Below the pieces are notes generated by a model. That model had not been told where the DNA came from and did not search any database. It saw nothing but the letters and a program-made list of their open reading frames with translations. A DNA stretch of 64,000 nucleotides. Origin: Stegostoma tigrinum. Its lineage: Eukaryota. Each line of letters opens with the position of its first letter. The first letter of the stretch is position 1. The stretch is from NCBI RefSeq assembly GCF_030684315.1, contig NC_081399.1, forward strand, positions 6,124,113 through 6,188,112. The letters are read 5' to 3'. Of the stretch, positions 1 to 11,352 are shown piece after piece. Made by a program: the position numbers and the translations under genes.

Positions 1-1619
1 AGGTATTTTGCTCCACGGTAGGGGAGTCCAAAACTAGAAGACATGGTTTGAAAGTGAGAGGGAAAGTATTTAAAAGGGGCCTAAGGGGTAAATTTTCAAA
101 CAGAGGGTAGTATGTGTATAGAACTAGCTGCCAGAGTAAGTGATGTAGGCTGGTACAATTACAGCATTTAATTTATTTTCAGTGTGGGTGCAAGAATGGG
201 AAATGTTTAGGGGAATATGTGCTAAATACTGGAAAATGTTGCTAAATCAGTTCAGGGTATCTGATTGGTATGGTCGAGTTGGTTTGAAGACTCTGTTTCC
301 TTGCACAATGACTCTCTGAGTGAAGCAGTGTATCATGACAAGGTCATTTGTTTGAAATATGGAAGGTGATAAGGTGGAGAAATAAGAGAAAGAGTAGATG
401 GTAAAATTAGTGAGATGGATAGGTAGAAAATGGATGTTAGAGGACGTGAGTGCAGTTGGTAGAGATTCAAGGAGACCAATAAAGTGCTGCAGCGAAAGAG
501 AAAAGAAGTAGGAAGGAATGAAAGTGGGAAAGCAAAGAGAGATGGAAAGAGTGAAACAGAGAATGAAAGAAATACAGCAGCGTAAGGAGGAGATAGCATG
601 AGAGGCCAACGGAGTGAGCGAGAGAGAGACAGAAAATGAAATGAGAAAGTTATTTTTCTTAAAGAAGGGTTTCTGGACTTAAACCATTAAGTCTGTTTTG
701 TCCCTCCACGGATACTGCTGAGTTTCTCCAGCAATTTCTGTTTTTGTTTGTTTCAGGCTTCCTCAGCTCTTTGTGTTATTTTAAAGGGAGAAAGATGCAT
801 AGAGAGCAATATTGTGTTAAGTAGAGGGAGTAGAGGAGAAATGGCAAAAGAGGGAGAAAGCGAGACATTGGGAAAAAGATTAAACAATAAGAAGTCAAAA
901 AGCAGAGTACAGAGAAATGGACAGAGAAATATTGTAAGAGGAAAGGGGGAATGGAAAGCCAGTGAGAGAATCAGAGACAGGGAGAGATAGATTACCACAG
1001 AGTAGAGTCAAAACAAATTGGAATAAATGTATTTTTGTACAGACAGAAAGCTGGAGATAAGGACAGGGGTGGGGAGAGAGAGAAATAGAGTGCAAGGGAG
1101 GGAAGAAAGGAGTTCAAGATGAGAGAGAGAGACAGAAAGATTTGGGAGGAAAATATTGAAGAGTGAATGCATCTATTCAAACAGGAGACTGCTAAATGTG
1201 TACTGATTTGGAAAGGAGGCAGTGAATAAATGAAATGGATACTGAGAGCTAGAGATCAAGAGATAGATGCGGGAGAAAAAGCAAGAAAGAGATGGCCATG
1301 GAATTGCACTGAATGCATATAAACATAAAGCTTGGAGATGGATTTAGTAGCTGAAAGGAGAATGGACAGCAGTGCAGATTTTGCATTGGGAGGGGAGGCA
1401 ACATTAAATGTTATTGGGTCAGATTTGTAATCCCAGGAGAGAAAACAATCTCGATATTAGGTTTTTGGATCAACCAGCCTACAGTGAACTGCTGAATAAA
1501 GTAATCTCTCATAAGGTTCAACAGATGCCCCACTGTCCCTCTAGTTGCTGTCTTGCTCTTTATGTACTTGTAGAATCTCTTTGGATTATCCTTAATCTTA
1601 TTTACCTAGGTTAACTCAA

Positions 1620-3470
1620 ATCCTCACGTTGCACCCCTGATCTCCCCTTAAGAATGTGCCTACACTCTTAATAATTTTCCAAGAGATTCATTTGAACATA
1701 GTTGTCTGTATTTAATATGATTCATTTTTTTTCATTCTTTACTAGAACATCAATGCCTTTATTCATCTATTGTTCTCTAATCCTGTCAGACTTATTTTTC
1801 TTGAAGTCTTCTTCGTTATCAGAAGTCCTTTTCCCTGCAAGCAATCGGCTTCGAACTGTATTTTTGAAATTTCTTGTCTTATACCATTAACATTTGTCTT
1901 ACTCCAATTAAAAACTATCATCTTAATGGAAGTCATTTTTTTCCATAATTATATTAACACAGATGGAACTATTTTCACTAAACCCAAAGTGCTCCCCAGC
2001 CATCACTTCAGTAACTTGTTGTGATTGATTATACAAAAGAAGGTTACATCTTGCTCTTTCCCTGGTAGGAGCATTTGTATATTAATTTCAAAAATCCTGA
2101 ATACATTTAACAAAATCTTCACTATCCCAACGTTTAGCATGATTGTAGTCCCAGTCAATATTCTAACATTTATCTCAAGTCTCTCTACATATTTGTTCCT
2201 CAAGTTCCCTCTGAATGTTGTGATATCAATAGTACAAACTATCAATCTGACAATTCCCTTTTTATTTCTAGTTTCAATCTATATATTTTCAGCGAATTAT
2301 TTTTCAGAACTATCCCCTCTAGTAACAGCAGTAACATTTTCCTTAATCACAAATGGCGATACACTTCCTCTTTTGCTTCTCTTTCTATCCTTCCGGTAGT
2401 TATTTGAAATCCAGAACATTGAGTTGCCAGTCCTGCCCATGCGTCAGGTTTCTGTAATAACTATGACACCCCGATTCCATGTTCGTAAACATGCTCCGAG
2501 TTCATCAGCCTTACTTGTAAGACCCCCTGCATTGAAATAAATAATTTAATTCTTCAGAGTTATTTCGTTATCAGACTTAGTCAGTCTTTTCTAATAAATG
2601 TTTTCTGTTCAGATTCAAAATCATCTGCATTTATCTTTGTATTCATCCTCTCACTTAGGATTCCTCCACCTCTCCCGGTCATATAGATTGCAGTAAAATT
2701 TGCAAATCTTCTGGTCAGGACGTTGAGCCCCTTCCAGTACAGGTGAAATAAATCATTTTTGAAGAGGTATTTTCTGCCCCAGGAGAGATCACAATGATCC
2801 GAGTGTCAGAGTACCTGATCATTACACCACCTCGACAGACATTGAATAATCTCACTTATCCTTTTATCTTCTTGTTTTCCTCATTCCATCTTGGCAACAC
2901 CATTAAATCAGAGATTACTACCCCAGAAGCTTTTTTTTCATAATTCTTCTACCGAACCTCTTATATTTGCTCTGTAAAGCTTTAATCATTTCCCTAACTG
3001 TATCATTGCTACCAACATGTTCAATAGCTTCAAGCTTCTCACTCCCCTCCCCCTATTTAAGAATGTGTTTTAAACGTTTTGAGATGTCCTTTATCCTGCT
3101 ACCAGGAAAATAACATACTATCCTAGATTCACGCTCACTGCCACAGAATCTCCTGTCTCTGCACCTGGCAGGACAGTCCCCTATAACAATTATCCTTTTA
3201 TTTTTGTTTTCAATCTCCACCTAACATAAAATTCATTCTTAATGCCTAGGATCTGACTGCCTCTTCCATTTTCCTCTGAGAGACTATCTTTTGCGACAGT
3301 ACCAAAAAGAGCTGATCTGTTTGAGAGGCGAACAGCCACGAGAGACTCCCTAACTGCCTTCTTACATTTTCTGACATTCATTCAACTCATTGATTGATCC
3401 AAGTGTGTAATCACTTCTCTAAATCTACTAACCATCTAAATCTGTGCCTTTTGTATGCTGCCAATGACAT
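1620..3470 (-). mobile_element. Degenerate CR1 LINE 5' part (ORF1 esterase-like domain and start of ORF2 endonuclease)
   Basis: Minus strand 3075-3190 reads IVIGDCPARCRDRRFCGSERESRIVCYFPGSRIKDISKR, typical of the CR1 ORF1 SGNH/esterase domain. The downstream sequence is a decayed endonuclease region. Boundaries approximate. Confidence 0.75.
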
Positions 3471-4507
3471 AAAACTGTGAGCATAGCTTACAATAGCACA
3501 TTATATATAAAATAAACCATTGTTTCTTACCGAAAGCATCAATATTTGTCATCCAAGCAAAAGAAATAAAAGTAATCAAACATATAATTCTTAAATGAAA
3601 TCAGTCATTTAGCTGAACAATCAAATTTCAAAAAAAAAATCCTCAAGTGCTCCAGCAGACAGCTTTTTAGACTTCTGATTTAAAAATTATCTCACTCCAG
3701 AGTTGTCCACGTGGCCTCTCCAAAAGCTCCAGAAACATAACTCTGCTTTTGACAAAAGTCTCCTCTACAATGTTAACAAAAAAATTTGTTTAACAATGTT
3801 TTTATTATAATAGAGCCAATAATGAATCAAAATAGAAATCTTATACTGTTAAAGTGTAACAACAGTAAGAAATCTGGAAGTAAGATACTTCTAGGACTAC
3901 CCAAAAAGAAACTCATTAACACAACACTATTTCAAAAAGAAAAATCGCATGCTTTGTTTTGTGTTTTTGACTGTAAAAGAATCAAAAATGAATCAAAATA
4001 AAAGTTTTATTCTGCTGAAAGGTAATAACTGTTAGAAATTTTGAAGTAATTCTGGAAATGAGCTTGAATTTCAGGAGAAGCTGCAATGTAAACATTACTT
4101 TCAGTCTGTCACTGTAGAATTTGAGTTGAGTGAAAAGTTTAGTGTGATGACCCTCGAAGTCAAATAGTCAACAAATGCCCATTAGTTTAAGAAGCATTTA
4201 GACAGACACATGGGAAGGCAGATAAAAAAGGGGCATGGAATATATGCAGGCAGATGGACTTAGTTTTAATGGCATCAACGCCAGCACAGATAGGTAGGCT
4301 GAAGGGCCTGCCCCTGTGCTGCACTGTCCAATGTTGTATGTTCTGTTTTCCGTGTTCTATTTTCTATGCCAGGCGTATAACAGATACAAAAGTTAGTATA
4401 AAATCATGCACAGATATGGTTGGCCTGACTTTCATTGCTAGCCTGAAAAAAAGTCATATTTTATGCATCAATAATTAATATGTTTTATTATTTCCAATTT
4501 CTTACAG

Positions 4508-4525
4508 GACTATGTGAAGGAAAAG
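4508..4525 (+). CDS. Hinge (connecting peptide) microexon of a second, divergent TCR-beta-type constant gene: (x)LCEGK
   Basis: Acceptor ttttattatttccaatttcttacAG and donor GTAAGC. 18 bp, phase 1/1, with Cys as third codon, like the 21-bp EICSMSK hinge exon of the minus-strand C-beta. Splices in frame to 5232-5341. Confidence 0.8.
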
Positions 4526-4651
4526 GTAAGCATTTCACTGTTCCACAGTCACACATACACAAAAAGGCACACACTTGCATATATGCAGATGCGTACATAC
4601 ATACATAAAACACATACACGTACATATATACAGGTACACACACAGAAACAG

Positions 4652-4658
<7 letters not shown>

Positions 4659-4730
<72 letters not shown>
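4659..4730. repeat. (CA)36 microsatellite in the hinge-TM intron of the plus-strand C gene
   Basis: Perfect CA run seen directly. Confidence 0.97.
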
Positions 4731-4732
<2 letters not shown>

Positions 4733-5231
4733 TGTTATTAGCAAACATGAGCTAAGTCTTTGAAATGAAGTTACTAAGATGCTAGATACATTTGAGCTGC
4801 CTTCTGGAGCTAGATAGCACATAGTGCTGCTCCTGATAGTCAGTGGTGAAGGGAGTGAATATTTGTGGATGTGGTGTCAATCAAGCGAGCTGCTTTGTCC
4901 TAGAGAGTGACTGCTTCTCGAGTGTTGTTGGAGCTGTAACCATGCAGGCAAGTTGGGGGGGGGGGGACAAGTGGGGAGTATCCAATCACATTCCTGACCT
5001 GTGTCTTGTAGCTGGTGGATAGGCTTCGTGGAGTAAGGGGGCTTTCAAGTCCAGTCGAGTTTTTGATCAATGGTAACACCCAGCACATATTTGTTTATGT
5101 TCTTACGTTATTGAACTGTCTAGTTTCTGTGTTCTTGAATTCCACCCTCTCATTCAGTGCTGCTATTTTCAAATGAGAATCTTTATAATGATTGTACGAT
5201 AAAGGTTGCTGTCTGTTTGCTTGCCTTGCAG

Positions 5232-5341
5232 TGAAGCAGATACAGAAACAGCAGATTTTTGCAAAAACTACCTATATTTTACTCATCTCCAAAGGCATCG
5301 TATACATGACCACAGTCAGCATCCTGCTGTTCAAGATGAAG
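5232..5341 (+). CDS. Transmembrane exon of a second, divergent TCR-beta-type constant gene: VKQIQKQQIFAKTTYILLISKGIVYMTTVSILLFKMK
   Basis: Acceptor tgtttgcttgccttgcAG and donor GTATGT. 110 bp, phase 1 to 0, open frame. Carries the antigen-receptor TM motif TY-x5-K-x3-Y-x3-VS with a single intramembrane Lys and a basic KMK stop-transfer. 11 of the last 27 residues are identical to the minus-strand C-beta TM exon. Confidence 0.85.
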
Positions 5342-5423
5342 GTATGTATCACGCAGAAGGTGCACCGTATGAATTCTTTTTCATCTAGTCGTCCACAAAT
5401 TTCAACACATTTCCTGCTCCTAG

Positions 5424-5471
5424 ACTCCACTGAGACATTTTTTCCACATGTCGATGGGCCTAACGGATTGA
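5424..5471 (+). CDS. Best candidate cytoplasmic exon of the plus-strand C gene: TPLRHFFHMSMGLTD*
   Basis: 82-bp intron ending in ttcaacacatttcctgctcctAG, phase 0, short tail. AATAAA signals follow at 5981 and about 6497-6621. Alternatives exist (see findings). Confidence 0.4.
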   Translation, partial: TPLRHFFHMSMGLTD

Positions 5472-7829
5472 AACCATCTATCACTGGCCAAATGTTACTG
5501 GAGAGATCACACGCAGGCTGGGTGATTGTTTTTGCACAAAATAACCCTGAGTTTCTGTAGCTGCTATTTGTACACACCGCCATGTTTCCTGTCTTGGGCT
5601 TGGTACAGTTCTCCAGTGAAGCTCAGTGCAAGCTGGAAGAACAATCTTAATTTTCCTCTTGGGGACTCTGCGGCCTTCAAGATTCAGTATTGAGTTCAAT
5701 AGCTTTTGGTGCTGAACATCGTCCTGCAAAGAAAGAAGGGAGCAGAGACAAAGTAAAAATGAAGTACAGGGGAGATAGGGATGCAGCTGGTAATAGAGTG
5801 ACGGACAGATTGCAAGGCAGATGGAGTGCATTATCATGAGAGATAAACAGAGTGGAGAGAGGGAAAGCAAGACTATGAGAGGAACAGGCAGAGACGGGAA
5901 TTTAGAAAAGTGCTGAAGGATATTAGAATGGTTGAAAAATTATAGAGAAATCTTATTCCTGACAGGGAGAAAGAAACACGAATAAATGAGTCAATAGTGT
6001 GCATGAGAAAAAAAAGATATAGAACTTGGGAAAGGATAACAATGCTCATTTAAGTAAAATAAATTTCAGCCTACAGCCAGGAAGGTCAAGTGTAAGGTTA
6101 TTTTTTATGCACCCTCTGCTTTGCCTCACTGCCCCATTCTTGCCCCTCAATCCAGCAATATTGTCCCATCCTGTCTCTATCTAATTGTCCACTTGAGATT
6201 TGCTGTTGAATCTATTTCCACTTCCATTCCTGAGAAACAGGTTGTTTGCAAAACTCAGCATCAAACAATATATCCGTGAGTCCCTCACTCAGATTCATTC
6301 AAGAATCATACTAATCCTACTTCCTCTGATTTCTTGGGTATGTCTTAAGGCAACATTCCATACGTGACGCAATTTGTTTCTTGACCCATTCTAGTTTTCG
6401 GGAAAGCTGGAAAAATGTTTTGATTGAAGAACATCATAAAACAAATCATGATTTAGACAGTAGCGCACAAAACTATCCCAAAGAAATTAGAAAGAAATAA
6501 AATTTATTTGTAACGTTCATACATTGTCAGTTTCTATTGTTGATACATGTTTTGCTGTTTTATGCATCTGGAATGCTCTCGAGGTGGAAAATAAAGAGTT
6601 GTCAAACATTTAGGAATAAAAGTGTTAGTGTTTCTGTCTGAAGTCCTCCTTCATTGTTTTCTCACTTGGTAACTTGCTGGCAGAGGGTATTAACATTTTG
6701 TAGATGGTTTGATCAATTCAGATTTTCCATTTTGCTCAAAAGAGTACATTTGATTATAGTGAATTATTTGGATATCTATTTCCCTTGCTCTCTCTTTTGT
6801 ATTTCATCACGAGAATTGTTATTAAACAAAGTATTGACATATTTTGATGGCTTGTATTTTGTCTTGGTGATGCTGGTAAATGTTTATGTCCCGGACATAA
6901 AAGACATGCAAGATGGTGTTTGGTCAGATTTATTTCAAATAAAACGTTCTCAATGAGGCAAGCATTAGTTATTGACCTCATATTGCCTATGAACTGTTTG
7001 GCTTACTAGGTAATCGTAGAGGTCAGTAAATCATCTATGAATTCCTATGCCTCTGATATCACCAGTATAGCATGGATTGTTTTGTGAGGAATGGCTAAAC
7101 AGACTGGGACTCTATTCACTGATGTTTAGAAGAATGGAAGGTGATTTCATTGAAACATACAAGAATATTAAGGGGGTTGACAGGCTAAATGCTGAGAGGA
7201 TGTTTCTCCACACGAAAGAGACAGGAAATAGAGGGCATAGTCCCAGAGTAAGGGGGTAACAATTTAACAAAGGGTTGAGAGTCATTGGAACGCCTTTCCA
7301 CAAAGCGCTGCGGTAATAAAGTCTTTATGCATATTTAAGATTGAGATAGATTCTTGATCAGCCAGGAAATGAAGTGTGACAAGGAAAAGGCAGTGTAATG
7401 ATCGAGAGAAATGTTGGATCAGGTGTGATCCTATTAATAGTGGGAAAGGCTCAAATGGCCTACTCCTGTCCTGATATGATACTTTGGTCTGGCTATTACA
7501 TGTAGACCATAACAGATAATGAAGGCAGGCTGCCTTGCCTAAGGTGGATGAATAATTACTAGTTTTCAGTTATTACTCAGATTTACATTCTACCAGTGTC
7601 CGAGATAGAACTTGATCATATATTCCCAGAGGGTCATTTTAGGTCTGTGGAGTTTAGGTCCAGTAGCATCATAAGTAACACAAGGCAAAGGTAGGTGAAG
7701 AGGTCAATAAATCATAAAGTTTAATGTCATTGATTAACTGAGGTACAGAAGATAAACATACAACATGGGTGCAGGAGTAGGCTATTTTCAAGATTGCTCA
7801 GCCATTTAATGCGATCATGACTGATCAAC

Positions 7830-8162
7830 CAACCCATTCAGCCCATAAAGTCTGCAACAACCACCTGAAGAGCAACTCATCCAAATGTGGCACCCCACTC
7901 TATACCAGCATCTCTGCATTTACCAGGACTGATCCACCTGGCCAACATAGCCCTGGGCACCACTTTGCAATTTACCATACACAAACCACATAATGTGCAC
8001 ATCTTTTGACTGAAGGAGGAAACTGCAGCATGCAGCAGAAACTCACACATATATGGAGAAAACACACAAACTCCACACAGTCAGTTACCCAAAGTTGGCA
8101 CTGAACATGGGCCTCTGGCATGGTAAGGCAGCAGTGCTAACCATTGATCCACCATACCACCC
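7830..8162 (-). mobile_element. tRNA-derived shark SINE (HE1/V-SINE-like)
   Basis: Reverse complement of the GGTGGnTCAnTGGTTAGCACTGCTGCC...TGTGTGGAGTTTG head seen in other copies. Confidence 0.7.
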
Positions 8163-11019
8163 ATTGTCCTGCAAATTTCTATTTTGATTTGCACAAGATA
8201 GGGGTTCTGCAAGGTACTTTGTTATGAAAAGAAGTACAAGCATATGAATGGAATATAATATGCTGTAAATGCATAATTTGCAGATTTACTCAACAGATGG
8301 TAATTTCATGAATACTTGGTCAATTGCAGAAATACATCGCAGACCCAGAGCCCAATAGGACGGTGGAATGGCAAGGAAAGAGTAAAGAGTTATAGAGCTA
8401 AACAGCATGGAAACAGACTCTTCAGTCTAACTAACCCTTGTCAATCACGTATACCGCAGTAATGGCCATAGTGTCTTGTGATCTGGCAGCAGTATTCCTA
8501 CTCCTGAGGTGGCCTAGGTTCAAATTGTTCTGACTTCAGATTTGCACAAATTTATGTGAAAGACTTAATGGAAAAATATCTAAGATTCGTGGATTTGGAG
8601 ACAATGACGAGTGGTATTATCTCTGGAGTGTAATTCCAGGCACCCAAGTAATATTCTCGGGATCCTGATTTGAATCCTGCTGTGGTAGAATTTGGATTCT
8701 ATGAAAGTCTGGAATTAAGAGTCTAATGATGATCATGAATCTATTGTCAGTTGTTGGAAAACACAATCTGTTTCACTTATGTCCTTTAGGGGAAAAGAAC
8801 TGCCATCCATACCGAGTCTGGTTTACTCTATAGTGCCTAATGGGGCAATTAAGGGTGGGCAGTAAATGCGGGCCTAGCCAGTGGCACCCTGATACTGTGA
8901 ATGAATAGAAAAAAACATGAGAGTGGTAAGATCTCAGCGTGCTCAAATATCATTTAGAGCTGGATTCTGATAGAAAGGAGCCAAGGGACTATTTAAAACA
9001 GGCTGACAATTAATTCACCTGAAAAGGTAAGACAGAAACAGCGAGTGAAGAGGGAAGCTTAAGTTAAGCACATTGTTAAATGCCTGGAGTCACTGAGAAG
9101 TGGAACTAGGTAACTCTTATAGTCCTCAGATTTTTTTTCCACAAATATCAAGGATTGTCATAAACACTATTAGTGCTATTATCTTTTGAAACAGAACGCT
9201 TGCAATTTCGTTCTTCAATTGAATGTCAACTGTCTCCTGGGCTGCTTTAAAAACATATTTCTGGACTATTAGTGGAGGCTGCTTGCTTTGTTGCATGACA
9301 ACATAATGATTTTGTCCGTTAACCTATTTCTGTGCTATGAGTAACATGAATGGAAAAATTCAATGCCTGTGGTTTTCTGCAAAATATGTTTGATTTGCTC
9401 AATGTTTAAGCCGCAGACTGATCTGCTTTGTTTTTCTTCTCTTACATCTGCTGACCTACTTAATTGCTGGCAGCTGTATTTTAGCAACCAGGCAACCAGC
9501 ATGCATGCTTTCTGTTTCTCTGTGTGATTTGATCATGTTTCTGTCTTTCTGCAAGTGCGTCAAAAATAATGCTCTGCTAGGAAGCTAGCAAGGACTAAAT
9601 TTGACGAATCGAACTGATAGGGCAGACAGGAGAATTTATGCCATACTACTGTGCTGTTGAATGGGCGATGCAGTTCTCTTTGAAATCTGACTTTCTTGTC
9701 TCTGCCCAAATGAGTCCAGTCAGAAAATGTTCATAGGAACATGAAGCATACGGAAGAATTATGGTAAATTCAGTCCTTTGTGCTGTTCCTGCCATTCATT
9801 CGGACAAGGATTCTGGAAATCCCTCCCCAAGGGCATCGTGGGTCTATCTGCAACACATGAACTGCAGCATTCCAAGAACACAACGCATCACCAATTTCTC
9901 AAGAGACAGTTAAGGACTGGTAATGAATATAGGTAACCCAGCGTCCCACAAGTGAATATATACAAATGCAAGATCATGTCTGATTCGGCTACAGGTTCTA
10001 GTTCTAATGCCCTGCCTGCATCCTTGACTCCCATCTCTCAAAACACAATCTAAGTTGATTGGCAGTGCATTTAAAAACCCAGTCCCCCCTATCAATTAGT
10101 GAAAACAGTCTATTGTTGCACTAAATCTACCAAAATGGTTATTTAAGTTCTGATCAAAATTAATGCAAGAAGAGGCGTGCACTTTGATGTGCAGTCAATT
10201 TAATAAGTTAATCTGCTTAGTATATACACACATATATATAATATATACACGCATATAAAGTAGCTTAACCTACTTTATAAGCAAACTAACGTGCGAATTT
10301 ATTAACTTGAAATACTTTGTGTACAAACTAAAGAACAAATGTATAAGGTTTTCGAGAACAAAGCTATTAGCATAGACTACCTTATATAGACGCAAACTTA
10401 TGTGTGAATCCTATTCCTATAAAAGACTTAATATATACAAACAAATGGGTGAATCAATTGTCTTAAAATATTTGATATACATACTAACAAATGAATCGAT
10501 TCATTTTGTCTTCTTTATACAAATGCAACAAATGAGCCTCCCTGCTGTCCAGTTGACTGAGGAATGGAGATGAAGACACTTGGAGCTTTATCTCACATTC
10601 AATTACCCTCAACCTGATATTGAAAGTCCAACAAGTGAGACAACGTATCTGATGATAACACCATTATGAATATAATGTTACGTGCTGCATAACTATTTCT
10701 TAGTCCTTTCATGGGTATTCTATTGTGCAAAAACACGTTGGAGAAACACACCCGGGTGGGCTCTGTGTTGTTGCATAGTACAGTGTCTTCCAGATTGTGT
10801 ACGCTCTGGTAAAATTACCTCTAGATCTCCGAAATTTCAATGACTATAGGCCCAACTTTTTTTTGGAAATTCTTGCAATAGTATTGAAAGGTCATCTGAT
10901 TGATTAGTTGACATTGATCAAACAGCTTGATGGGGTGGTGAGAGAGAAACAACATCCTGGAGGGCAGGGGCAGTCAATTCCTCAGAACAATTTTGATTTA
11001 ACACTCTGATAACCGGGTT

Positions 11020-11352
11020 AGAATCTCTACAAATTGGAAGCAGGCCATTCAGTCCATCAAGTCCACACTGAAACCATTCCAACCACACCACCTACACTAC
11101 CCTGTCCCTGTAACGCTGCATCTCTCATGGATAATCCACCTAATCTGAACATCTCTGGATGCTGTAGGCAAGTTCAGGATGACCAATCCACTTCAACTGT
11201 ATATATTTGGACTGTGGAAGGAAACCAGAGCACCAGGAAGAAACCATGCAGGCATGGGGAAAACGTGCAAACTCCACACAGATAGCCACTTGAGAATGGA
11301 TTGATCCCTGGCGCTGTGAGGCACCAGTGTTGACCATTAAATCACTGTGCCA
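11020..11352 (-). mobile_element. tRNA-derived shark SINE (HE1/V-SINE-like)
   Basis: gtgcaaactccacacaga...cctggcgctgtgaggc matches the reverse complement of the copies at 38559 and 45052. Confidence 0.7.

Noticed and set aside
247-1180. Hydrophobic minus-strand ORFs resembling membrane proteins; also searched for the missing plus-strand Ig C exon
   Set aside because: Low-complexity purine-rich tract. No Ig C1 motifs found anywhere in 1-4500.
4544-4567. CACAGTC...ACAAAAAGG RSS-like pair
   Set aside because: The spacer is 8 bp, not 12 or 23, and it lies in CA-rich sequence.
5272-5870. Minus-strand ORFs (MAVCTNSS..., ...DDVQHQKLLNSILNL...) considered as EPHB6 exons because EPHB6 usually flanks TRB
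   Set aside because: No convincing Eph motifs and all frames stop before a usable donor. The plus strand explains the region as a TCR TM exon.
9644-9660. Plus-strand TAC TAC TGT GCT GTT (YYCAV) as a possible inverted 3' V gene
   Set aside because: No RSS heptamer follows, there is no upstream Cys/WY framework, and the frame has stops.
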